Below, piece by piece: positions 1 to 8,539 of a stretch of DNA of 64,000 bases. Every line of letters starts with the position of its first letter. Within the stretch, counting starts at the first letter, position 1. Origin of the DNA: Bdellovibrionales bacterium (GTDB lineage Bacteria; Bdellovibrionota; Bdellovibrionia; Bdellovibrionales; JAGQZY01). Position numbers and translations under genes: made by a program. The notes under the pieces were generated by a model that did not search any database, was not told the DNA's origin, and saw only the letters and a program-made list of their open reading frames with translations. The stretch spans positions 1,632,001 to 1,696,000 of the forward strand of contig CAXRHT010000002.1 in assembly GCA_964230645.1 (NCBI GenBank), given 5' to 3'.

Positions 1-327
1 CACTGAAGCATTGCGATAGTCACCAATTCCATAACTGGCTTTTTTAGGATCAATGACCTTAAGGTAAATCAATCCATCAACTTCCACTTGCATATTGTCA
101 TTGGTTATACAAGTTTGGGAAGGGATATCGAAGACTTGCTCTCTGATCTCATGTCGATAGGCCACTCGATCAAAAAAGGGTATCAGGAAATGGAAACCAG
201 GCTCTAAAACTTTCTTAAATTTACCCAGCCTTTCAACAACGATACTCTCGCGCATATGTACAACAACAAAAGTGTTGTACAGGACCAAAAGAGCAATAAT
301 GACTAAAATAGTAAATGCGGTTAACAT
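1..327 (-). CDS. SPFH/band 7 (stomatin/QmcA-like) membrane protein, 5' part; continues past window start
   Basis: Own translation: MLTAFTILVIIALLVLYNTFVVVHMRESIVVERLGKFKKVLEPGFHFLIPFFDRVAY...QTCITNDNMQVEVDGLIYLKVIDP; AGGAG RBS; directly after NfeD-like gene. Confidence 0.92.
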   Translation of the reverse strand, partial: MLTAFTILVIIALLVLYNTFVVVHMRESIVVERLGKFKKVLEPGFHFLIPFFDRVAYRHEIREQVFDIPSQTCITNDNMQVEVDGLIYLKVIDPKKASYGIGDYRNASV

Positions 328-345
328 GTGTATGTCTCCTTTTAA

Positions 346-780
346 CTAAATTGATTTTACGATGAGAGTGCTACCATCTTGGTTAACCACTCGAACTTTA
401 CTACCTAAAGGAAATTCCTCTTCACTTCGTGCTTGCCATGTACTGCCTCGAAAACGCACTCTTCCCTCTTTGTGTGGAAGCACTTCTTCGCAGACCTCTA
501 CAATGGCACCAATAACATCTTTACTTTCATCCACATCATCCACTTTTGAATCACCTTCAAAGTACTTCATAAAAAATGAGCGTAGGACTAATACGAGAAA
601 AAGAGAGCTTATAAACCAAGCGATCAAAGCTCCCGCGACCGTATTGATAAAGCCGAGGTGTAGTGCGAGCCCAACAAACAAGGCCGCAAAACCAAGAAAT
701 ACGATGATTCCACCTGGTAAAATGACTTCCAATAAAACTAGAATAATCCCAAAGATAACCCAATACATGGACATTTCCAT
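346..780 (-). CDS. NfeD-like (YbbJ-type) membrane protein
   Basis: TM helices with LEVILPG, C-terminal OB-like GRVRFRGSTWQARS; adjacent to SPFH gene. Confidence 0.9.
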   Translation of the reverse strand: MEMSMYWVIFGIILVLLEVILPGGIIVFLGFAALFVGLALHLGFINTVAGALIAWFISSLFLVLVLRSFFMKYFEGDSKVDDVDESKDVIGAIVEVCEEVLPHKEGRVRFRGSTWQARSEEEFPLGSKVRVVNQDGSTLIVKSI

Positions 781-1532
781 TAGAACTCCTCTTTCACAAA
801 GTGATCATGAATAAATAAAAAGTTGGTCTTATTAACTTTTAACTCTTCAGCCCGGTCTTCTATAAAATTTATTTCTTCCCCACTAATTCTTCCATCGGCT
901 TTCGCAAAAAGAAATAAAATCCAAATTAAAAAATGCCGCATCTCTATGCGTTGAAAAAATTGCGGAATCTTATCGTAGCTCACCTTTTCCACACCATAAG
1001 CACTGAGTTCTTTGTAGTTTTTTAACAATGTAAACAGGGACAAGATGTGCTTGATCGTCTTAACCTCTTCTTCGGTGATCTTGTTGTCACAACCGGCTAG
1101 AGAGAACAAAAGCTTTCCTATTTCGAACACTAATTCTTTTTTTTGTCTTTTATTAAGGTCTAAAGTTAAAACATCAAAAATAGAGCGATCAAAGAATTGC
1201 TCACGATTGTCTTCGAAATAGGCTCTTAAAATAGGATCCAAAAACATGACCTGATAAGAAATTCCAGAAAAGATGGAAGAAAAGTTGGCCATCGTTTTTT
1301 CACTGGAGAAAGACTCCATCTCGTTATCAAATCCCACCAATTGATCCAAGCTTAAGCCATAGAGGTCGGCTAGTTGAAGAGCCACAGTCATTGGAAGTTT
1401 AAGGCGCCCCACCTCATAATCTCTCATCGTTAATGGACGCAAGCCGAGCTCGGCTTCCACCTCTTTTTGAGTGAGACCAGCGGTTTCTCTGGCTCTTTTT
1501 AAGGCTTTGATGGGGTCAAGATCGCTATACAT
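780..1532 (-). CDS. XRE-family HTH protein fused to a TerB-like domain
   Basis: N-terminal LKRARETAGLTQKEVEAELGL..DYEVG; two TerB-type motifs AGCDNKITEEE and AKADGRISGEE. Confidence 0.8.
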   Translation of the reverse strand: MYSDLDPIKALKRARETAGLTQKEVEAELGLRPLTMRDYEVGRLKLPMTVALQLADLYGLSLDQLVGFDNEMESFSSEKTMANFSSIFSGISYQVMFLDPILRAYFEDNREQFFDRSIFDVLTLDLNKRQKKELVFEIGKLLFSLAGCDNKITEEEVKTIKHILSLFTLLKNYKELSAYGVEKVSYDKIPQFFQRIEMRHFLIWILFLFAKADGRISGEEINFIEDRAEELKVNKTNFLFIHDHFVKEEF

Positions 1533-1567
1533 ATATGTATAATATATTACCTTATTAGCTTTTGCAA
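1526..1567 (-). promoter_or_regulatory. Sigma70-type promoter giving a leaderless mRNA, overlapped by a 16-bp palindrome
   Basis: TTGCAA(1567-1562)-17 nt-TATTAT(1544-1539)-6 nt-ATG(1532); perfect palindrome TATACATATATGTATA at 1526-1541. Confidence 0.65.
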
Positions 1568-1725
1568 GTGGATATATCCGTATATCATTTTTTGTAAAAT
1601 CAATACTTTATAGATGTATCTCGATTTATTTTTCTGAAGTGGAGGCCGATATCGGCGGCCCATCTTTGGGTTTAGGAATAGCTTCTCCTTGAAAATAGCT
1701 GGGTTAAAACATAAGTTTTTAAACC

Positions 1726-2466
1726 ATGAAACAACCTCTCCCTGAGATTCGATCTTTAAGAGATGCTTTCGCTTTTCGCGAGCATGTTGAGTCTTCCGCA
1801 AAAGAAGGTGGGCGAGAGGTGGTTGCGCAATTTTACCAGTATCCCGTTTTCTATTACGCCAATCATTTAAATCTCTCCGGACCTGGCGATATCGAAGTTT
1901 ATTCAGAACATCTTGAGAAATTGGATTTTGAATTAGAAGTGGCCATCGTTATTGGAAAAGAGGGAAAAAACATTCCGGCCAATAGGGCCGATGAGCATAT
2001 AGCCGGCTTCACTATTATGAATGACTTCTCCGCTCGCCATATTCAATGGGATGAAATGAAAGTGAAACTCGGTCCCCATAAAGGAAAAGACTTTGCCACA
2101 GCCCTAGGGCCTCACCTCACTCCCCTTTCGGATTTAAATGAATTTCGACAGGACACAGAAAAAGGCTCACAGTGGCACATGAAAATGCAGGCTTTTGTGA
2201 ATGATGAGCTCATCAGCCAGGGTAACCTAGGCGACATGTATTTTACTTTTGCTCAGATTATCGAAAGAGCGTCTTTTGGCACCACCCTTTACCCAGGGGA
2301 ATGCATTGGCTCAGGGACTGTGGGCTCAGGATGTTTCCGAGAGTACAATTATTCTCAGAGACTTAAAAACCCAGAACATAAAGATCGATGGCTAAAGCCC
2401 GGTGATGTCATTCGCTTAAATGTCGAAGGTCTCGGAGAACTCGAAAATAAAATTATCTTAAAATAA
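1726..2466 (+). CDS. Fumarylacetoacetate hydrolase family protein
   Basis: LDFELEVA, IMNDFSARHIQ, GKDFAT, GSGTVGSG motifs. Confidence 0.9.
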   Translation: MKQPLPEIRSLRDAFAFREHVESSAKEGGREVVAQFYQYPVFYYANHLNLSGPGDIEVYSEHLEKLDFELEVAIVIGKEGKNIPANRADEHIAGFTIMNDFSARHIQWDEMKVKLGPHKGKDFATALGPHLTPLSDLNEFRQDTEKGSQWHMKMQAFVNDELISQGNLGDMYFTFAQIIERASFGTTLYPGECIGSGTVGSGCFREYNYSQRLKNPEHKDRWLKPGDVIRLNVEGLGELENKIILK

Positions 2467-2475
2467 AGGACGACT

Positions 2476-2847
2476 ATGCATTTGAGCAAAGACCCTAATG
2501 AAAAACCGGCACCTGAAATTCTGTTTGAGGATTTTTTAAAAGTGGACATTCGCGTGGGTGAAATTAAGTCGGCAGAAGTTTTTAAAGAAGCCCGTCATCC
2601 CGCCTATATCTTAATGATCGATTTCGGCGAGGGTGTGGGCCTTAAGAAATCAAGTGCTCAGATTACAGAAAACTACAAATGCTCAGACCTAGTCGGGAAA
2701 AAAGTCGCAGCAGTGGTCAACTTCCCCCCTCGTCAGATTGGACCGCTCCGCTCCGAAGTTTTAACCTTAGGCTTTGGCGACAATCAGGATAATGTGGTTT
2801 TATTCTCGCCTGATCAAGAGGTCCCCAACGGGGCTCGTTTGCTTTAA
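2476..2847 (+). CDS. csaA: CsaA tRNA-binding/export chaperone
   Basis: DIRVG, KKSSAQIT, VVNFPPRQIG, SEVLTLG. Confidence 0.9.
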   Translation: MHLSKDPNEKPAPEILFEDFLKVDIRVGEIKSAEVFKEARHPAYILMIDFGEGVGLKKSSAQITENYKCSDLVGKKVAAVVNFPPRQIGPLRSEVLTLGFGDNQDNVVLFSPDQEVPNGARLL

Positions 2848-2909
2848 AAAAGTCCTCATTGAGGTCACAATCTGTGCCGCCCTGCGAATGAGTAACAAAA
2901 CCGGATCTT

Positions 2910-3890
2910 GTGTTAACATCACCTTCCAACATCCAAGGAGTCAAAGTGGAACAGCCAGGCAGCTTGTTAAAAGACCAAAAGTTTTCTCATCCCAAAGTGA
3001 CAGCAAGTGGAGAGCCTCGTGCTTTTGTTGAACTTGAAGAGCTAAAAACGCTTTGGATCAACTCAGGAACTCTTTGTAATTTGCACTGTGACAATTGCTA
3101 TATTGAGTCTTCTCCGAAAAACGATCGATTGAGTTTTTTCCGAGTTTCGGATCTTAAGCCTTTCTTAAAAGAATTAGAGGAAAGGAAAGACCCCGTAGAA
3201 ATGATTGGCATCACTGGGGGAGAGCCATTTCTCAATCCAGAAATCACAGACCTTCTCGACGAAGTGTTGAAAGCGGGATTTGAAGCCTTAGTTTTAACAA
3301 ACGCTTTCCGTGTTTGGAAAAAACACAAAGATCGTCTTCTTCAACTTCAACAGACCTATGGAGACAAACTCCATATTCGCGTATCGCTGGACCATTATTC
3401 CAAAAAACTTCACGAGGCTGAGCGTGGTGCAGGAACATTCGAAAAAACCATGGAGGCCATGAAGTGGTTTTTTGATAATAATTTTGATCTCAGCTTGGCG
3501 GGAAGAAGTTTAATGGATGAGGATCTTGCGCAGGCGAGAGTAGAATTTCAAAAGCTTCTTAAGACCTACGATATAGATATAAGTCTTGAGGAAAAATTGG
3601 TTATATTTCCAGAAATGGATTTGAATCGAGACGTTCCTGAAATTACTACGGCCTGTTGGGATATTTTAAACAAAAAGCCCCAAGATCAAATGTGTGCCAC
3701 AGAAAGAATGCTGGTTTTACGCAAAGGAGAAGATCAAGCAAAAGTCCTTCCCTGCACTCTTCTTGCCTACGACCCTCAATTTGAAATGGGTACGAGCTTA
3801 TCGAATGCCGAGGAAAAAGTTTACCTCAATCACAAGTTTTGTGCTCAATTCTGTGTATTGGGTGGCGCCTCCTGTTCGAGCACCAAGTAA
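2910..3890 (+). CDS. Radical SAM protein (ArsS-like, Cys-rich C-terminus); start uncertain
   Basis: CNLHCDNC motif, ITGGEP, C-terminal HKFCAQFCVLGGASC. Confidence 0.85.
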   Translation: MLTSPSNIQGVKVEQPGSLLKDQKFSHPKVTASGEPRAFVELEELKTLWINSGTLCNLHCDNCYIESSPKNDRLSFFRVSDLKPFLKELEERKDPVEMIGITGGEPFLNPEITDLLDEVLKAGFEALVLTNAFRVWKKHKDRLLQLQQTYGDKLHIRVSLDHYSKKLHEAERGAGTFEKTMEAMKWFFDNNFDLSLAGRSLMDEDLAQARVEFQKLLKTYDIDISLEEKLVIFPEMDLNRDVPEITTACWDILNKKPQDQMCATERMLVLRKGEDQAKVLPCTLLAYDPQFEMGTSLSNAEEKVYLNHKFCAQFCVLGGASCSSTK

Positions 3891-3893
3891 ATC

Positions 3894-4604
3894 ATGATTT
3901 CTGTTGTGGTTCCGACTTTTAATGAAGTTAAAAGTAATGCGAATCTTTTTTCCTACCTTGAAAACTTGGCAAAGTATTTTCCCGCGGAAGTCATCGTTGT
4001 CGATAGCCAAAGCCAAGATGGGACTTGGGAGAAAATTCCTTCAAACTGTCGGAAGTTTTCAATCGATGGCAAAACCCGCGCTGAGCGCCTCAACGAGGGT
4101 ATTAGAAAGGCCAATCATCCTATGGTCCTGCTTCACCATCCGAGAAGTCGTGTGGATAATGAAGGTATTTTTGAACTCGACAAAATAGCCTATGAGAAAA
4201 TTTGGGGCGGGTTCACCCACTGTTTCGATCACAAACATCCTATTCTTGATTTTACCAGTTGGTATTCTAATAGTGTGCGCTTGAAGTATCGAAAAATAGT
4301 TTATCTGGATCACTGTCTTTTTTTTCATAAAGACCTCCTTTCCGATGGTTACTCCATCGACCCGGTTGATATTTTTGAGGATACATTAATTTCTCTTGAG
4401 TTAAGAAAATCAGGCTTTCCCATAAAAATCCGCTACAAGAGTCAAACCTCCAGTGCCCGTTTTTTAAAAAATGGAATCCTGAAGCAATGCCTATTAAACG
4501 CTGGCATGAAACTTGGTTTTTATCTTAAAATTTCTCCTGAGAAAATGAATCAGATCTATGAAAAAGGTTTGTCTCTGAACACAGAATATAAAAAAAGAAA
4601 TTAG
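3894..4604 (+). CDS. Family 2 glycosyltransferase (TIGR04283-like)
   Basis: ISVVVPTFNE, VIVVDSQSQDGT, FED, TSSARF. Confidence 0.8.
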   Translation: MISVVVPTFNEVKSNANLFSYLENLAKYFPAEVIVVDSQSQDGTWEKIPSNCRKFSIDGKTRAERLNEGIRKANHPMVLLHHPRSRVDNEGIFELDKIAYEKIWGGFTHCFDHKHPILDFTSWYSNSVRLKYRKIVYLDHCLFFHKDLLSDGYSIDPVDIFEDTLISLELRKSGFPIKIRYKSQTSSARFLKNGILKQCLLNAGMKLGFYLKISPEKMNQIYEKGLSLNTEYKKRN

Positions 4605-4626
4605 ACCTTAAAAAAAGGAGTAACTA

Positions 4627-5244
4627 ATGGTTTTTTATACCAATCCCCACTCACGCAGTCAGATCGTAGCCTGGATGTTAGAAGAGATCGCTGAACCCTA
4701 CGAAACCAAACCTCTTCAATACGGAGAGGAAATGAAGCATCCCAGTTATTTAAAAATAAATCCTATGGGTAAGGTGCCCACCCTTATCCACGATGATAAT
4801 ATTGTTACAGAGTGTGCTGCCATATGCGCCTATCTCGCAAACGTTTATCCCGAAAAGAAACTTATGCCTAAAAATATGAAAGAGCAGGCTGAGTATTTTC
4901 GTTGGCTCTTTTTTGCCTCGGGCCCTCTAGAGTTAGCTATCAGCTTTAAAAACCTCAAGGTGGAGATTCCCAAGGATAAAGAAAGAATGTTGGGCTTTGG
5001 AAATTTTGACCAGACTGTGGACTGCTTAGCAACGGCTTTGAGAGGTCAGAAATTTATTGCGGGTGATCATTTCACCGCCGCTGATGTCTATGTGGCTTCT
5101 CAAATTGGTTGGGGCTTAGAATTCGGAACTCTTCCGAAAAAATCCGAATTTGTAGAGTATTGGGATCAACACAAAGAACGTCCGGCTCTTCTTAGCGCCC
5201 AAAAAAAAGGAAGTGGGCTAGCAAAAAAAATGGGCCTTGAATAG
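4627..5244 (+). CDS. Glutathione S-transferase family protein
   Basis: INPMGKVPTL, TECAAICAYLA, FTAADVY. Confidence 0.92.
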   Translation: MVFYTNPHSRSQIVAWMLEEIAEPYETKPLQYGEEMKHPSYLKINPMGKVPTLIHDDNIVTECAAICAYLANVYPEKKLMPKNMKEQAEYFRWLFFASGPLELAISFKNLKVEIPKDKERMLGFGNFDQTVDCLATALRGQKFIAGDHFTAADVYVASQIGWGLEFGTLPKKSEFVEYWDQHKERPALLSAQKKGSGLAKKMGLE

Positions 5245-5300
5245 GCCAGACGAGAGAATGGGGACATGACAATTGCCGTTGATTGAACTAAAAGAAAATC

Positions 5301-7043
5301 ATGTACCAACTGCGAGAATACCAAAGAGAAGCGGTCGATAAGACTCTTCACTACTTTAAAAAAAGGCGAGATCCCGCTGTCATCGTCCTCCCAACGGGAG
5401 CCGGCAAGAGTCTCGTCATTGCGGAACTTGCACGTATTGCCAGAGGTCGAGTTCTAGTCTTGGCCCACGTAAAAGAGTTGGTCGAACAGAATCACTCTAA
5501 ATACGAAAGTTATGATTTAAAAGCGGGAGTTTATTCCGCGGGCTTAAAAAAGAAAGACAAGGATCATAAGGTTATATTTGGTTCTATTCAGTCGGTTGCT
5601 AATGCGCCCAATTCTTTTTTCAAAGACTTCACCCTTCTGATCGTTGACGAATGTCACCGAGTCAGTCTTGAAAAGGATACGCAGTACAATAAGGTGATCG
5701 ACAAGTTAAGAGCCCATAACGCCAACCTATGCATCCTTGGTCTTACGGCAACACCTTACCGTATGGGGATGGGATGGATTTATAATTTTTCTCATCGCGG
5801 TGTGGAGCAAACCAAAGAAGATCGCTTCTTTAAGCAGTGTGTTTTTGAGCTTCCCCTTCAGTACATGATCAAAAACAATTACCTAACCCCTCCGGTAAAA
5901 GTGGACATCCCTGTCACTAGTTATGACTTCTCTGAGCTCATGGAAAAAGGAGCGCCCTTTTCAAGCACCCAGATCGAGGAGATATTAAAAAAGCAAAGAA
6001 AGCTCACTCCCCTAATCATTAAAAACATTGTTGATATTACCGAAAATTACAATCGCGAAGGGGTAATGATATTCAGTAGCACGGTCAAACATGCCCAAGA
6101 GATCCTAGAGTACCTACCCGAGGGCCAAGCAGAAATTATTCTTGGCGAAACGGATGATGAAAAAAGAAACCAGATTATTGAAGACTTTAAAAAAAAGAAG
6201 TTTAAATATTTGGTGAATGTCTCTGTACTCACAACCGGTTTCGATGCTCCCCATGTGGACGTGATAGCGATCCTTCGCCCTACAGAATCAGTGAGTCTTT
6301 ACCAACAAATCATTGGAAGAGGCCTTAGACTTAATGATTCGAAAAAAGATTGTTTTGTGCTCGATTACACCGGTATGGGCCACAATATTTACAGTCCTGA
6401 AATTGCCGATAAAAAACCGGCAAAAGACTCAGTAGCCGTTCAAGTGGAGTGCCCTGACTGTGGTTTTCTCAATGATTTCTGGGGCCGAACCGATGAGTTT
6501 GGCTATGTGGTTGAGCACTTTGGACGCAAATGTAAGGGGGCGAAGCAAAACCCGGAAACTCTCGAGTATGTACCCTGTGGATTTCGTTTTCGCTTTAAAA
6601 CTTGTGACAAATGCCAGGCCCAAAACGACCTCACAGCCCAATCCTGCACGAAGTGTGGCCATGAACTCACCTCGGCTGACGCCAAGCTCAAACAAGCCCG
6701 ACTTTCTAAGAATGCTCATGTTCTGAAACCCGACTCTGTGGAGATGCTTGAGCGTTTCGATAAAAATAAAAATCCATTTTTAGAGATTCGCTACTATGAC
6801 TGGGATGCCAATTATCTTTCTGAGATTCATTACCTCAATAACCAGACGGCTCTTAAAAAGTTCAACATTAACTTTCTCCGCTCCCACCTCAAGCGTCCAG
6901 AGTTGAAACTTGATATTCATTCAGTCAATGAAGTGATTGGTTTACAGTCTCAGCTACGAATGCCTTCATTTGTTATTGGACGCAAACAAGGTAAGTTTTG
7001 GAAAATCACCGAAAAAGTTTTTATCGAAGAACTGGGGCTTTAG
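5301..7043 (+). CDS. radD: SF2 DNA repair helicase RadD/YejH
   Basis: [32 protein letters not shown]-terminal Cys-pair zinc-binding motifs. Confidence 0.88.
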   Translation: MYQLREYQREAVDKTLHYFKKRRDPAVIVLPTGAGKSLVIAELARIARGRVLVLAHVKELVEQNHSKYESYDLKAGVYSAGLKKKDKDHKVIFGSIQSVANAPNSFFKDFTLLIVDECHRVSLEKDTQYNKVIDKLRAHNANLCILGLTATPYRMGMGWIYNFSHRGVEQTKEDRFFKQCVFELPLQYMIKNNYLTPPVKVDIPVTSYDFSELMEKGAPFSSTQIEEILKKQRKLTPLIIKNIVDITENYNREGVMIFSSTVKHAQEILEYLPEGQAEIILGETDDEKRNQIIEDFKKKKFKYLVNVSVLTTGFDAPHVDVIAILRPTESVSLYQQIIGRGLRLNDSKKDCFVLDYTGMGHNIYSPEIADKKPAKDSVAVQVECPDCGFLNDFWGRTDEFGYVVEHFGRKCKGAKQNPETLEYVPCGFRFRFKTCDKCQAQNDLTAQSCTKCGHELTSADAKLKQARLSKNAHVLKPDSVEMLERFDKNKNPFLEIRYYDWDANYLSEIHYLNNQTALKKFNINFLRSHLKRPELKLDIHSVNEVIGLQSQLRMPSFVIGRKQGKFWKITEKVFIEELGL

Positions 7044-7052
7044 CTCTGAAGG

Positions 7053-7199
7053 TTACTCTGTAATATCTTCTACAGGAACGGCAGGCTCCTCAGTGGTCAC
7101 TTCACTATCTGGCGAATAAAGTAGAGGATAGGCAATCAGAGTCAAAACAAAAGCCAGCCCAATAAAAATGGCCACCTTTCGTTTATTCTTTTTAGACAT
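7053..7199 (-). CDS. Small single-TM protein, 48 aa (not in ORF track)
   Basis: MSKKNKRKVAIFIGLAFVLTLIAYPLLYSPDSEVTTEEPAVPVEDITE*; AAAGGAG upstream. Confidence 0.6.
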   Translation of the reverse strand: MSKKNKRKVAIFIGLAFVLTLIAYPLLYSPDSEVTTEEPAVPVEDITE

Positions 7200-7420
7200 A
7201 AACAAGGTACACTCCTTTGTGAAGCCCTTTTATAATTCAAAATCTGGGGAATTCCATTCTTTCTCGGTTTTGTGTAGAAAATTGAACAATGAAGCATTTC
7301 ACTCTTCAGTTCTCGATCAAGAAACTATAGAAAATTTCAAATAATTCTTCTAGATTTGTAGCTCGACCTCCAGAGAAAGATACGCCCCTGCCCCTCTCAA
7401 CGTGTTTACTTTCTGACCGT

Positions 7421-7594
7421 ATTGTCCTGAGCCTTTGATCATTCTGAGCCGTCCGTCATTCTGAGCATAGCGAAGAATCTACGACATTGAGTTTCCATGA
7501 TCGACCATAGCCCTCGGCAATAGTTCCTTCGCTACGCTCAGGAAGACAATCTGGCTAGCTCAGGAAGACAATATCGATACGTTCAGGACCACGA
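7421..7594. repeat. YGTC-tagged palindromic (REP-like) dimer with tandem end duplications
   Basis: CGTCATTCTGAGCATAGCGAAGAATCT (7454-7480) inverted to AGTTCCTTCGCTACGCTCAGGAAGACA (7522-7548); CTGAGC at 7427/7444/7461; GCTCAGG-like at 7536/7558/7581. Confidence 0.85.
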
Positions 7595-7689
7595 TTTCAC
7601 ATGATCCTTGTTTCTGAAATAAATTAACTTATCTCGACAAAACCTTGACAGAACTTTGACATAACACTTTTCCCTGTCCTAAAGTTGTT

Positions 7690-7729
7690 TGTGGATAACT
7701 AAGGGGATAACCCACATAAATGTGGGTAA
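7690..7729. promoter_or_regulatory. Cluster of DnaA-box-like 9-mers
   Basis: TGTGGATAA (7690, perfect), AGGGGATAA (7702), TAACCCACA (7708), TGTGGGTAA (7721). Confidence 0.45.
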
Positions 7730-7738
7730 AGGGGAGAA

Positions 7739-8536
7739 ATGCTAATTACCAATGAAATGCCCATTGAACTACTGGGCGAAGTCTCCATTTATTTTGGAAT
7801 TGGGATTCAGGTCTGTATGGCCCTTCTACTCGGAGGGATGGTTGGATACGACAGAGAAAAAAAACTTAAATCTGCCGGAATCAAAACAAATATTTTAATC
7901 TGTTTGGGAGCCACACTTTACACAAGTATTGGTTTATTAATCGCTGTCGGAGCGGCTGGAATGGCCGACCCTAATCGTGTGGCCGCACAAATTGTGAGTG
8001 GAATTGGTTTTCTTGGGGCCGGAGCGATCATTCAGTCTCAAGGAGCGGTGGTGGGCATGACAACAGCCGCAACAATTTGGGTTGTGGCCGCGATTGGTTT
8101 CACCATTGGGGCGGGCTATCCCTTTACCGCCGCCATCTTCACAGTCACAACTCTTGTGGTTTTAAAAATGATTACACCGATCTACAAATATTTAGAGGCT
8201 GAAAAAGATTTTGAATACTATCAGCTCGAAATCTTATCGAAAGGATCCATCAAGAAAACAGCTCGCGCCATTATGGAGGTTGAAGGCTTCACTGTGGACG
8301 AGCTTATAGAAGAGCCCTTCGTGGGAGGGAAAAAAGGAAGTAAAATTCTCAGTGCCTTTATGAGAGCTCATCCGCGCCATATGGAAAGATTGGTTTACGA
8401 CCTAAAACAGGCTTTAAAGGTACAAGACGTCGCTTACTACCCCGCTATCAAGGCCATCGACCAAGAGGAAAAAAAGGGGATCCAGGAAATGAAAAAAGAA
8501 AAATCGAGAGAAAAAGAATCCTCTAAAAAGTCATAG
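7739..8536 (+). CDS. MgtC/SapB family membrane protein
   Basis: DRE..KSAGIKT, DPNRVAAQIVSGIGFLGAG, GMTTAATIW. Confidence 0.92.
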   Translation: MLITNEMPIELLGEVSIYFGIGIQVCMALLLGGMVGYDREKKLKSAGIKTNILICLGATLYTSIGLLIAVGAAGMADPNRVAAQIVSGIGFLGAGAIIQSQGAVVGMTTAATIWVVAAIGFTIGAGYPFTAAIFTVTTLVVLKMITPIYKYLEAEKDFEYYQLEILSKGSIKKTARAIMEVEGFTVDELIEEPFVGGKKGSKILSAFMRAHPRHMERLVYDLKQALKVQDVAYYPAIKAIDQEEKKGIQEMKKEKSREKESSKKS

Positions 8537-8539
8537 TTC

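Noticed and set aside
1547..1801. 84-aa minus-strand ORF
   Set aside because: Overlaps the FAH gene start and the promoter region; no recognisable motif
7690..7729. Replication origin
   Set aside because: Only 40 bp of boxes, no evident unwinding element and no origin-associated genes
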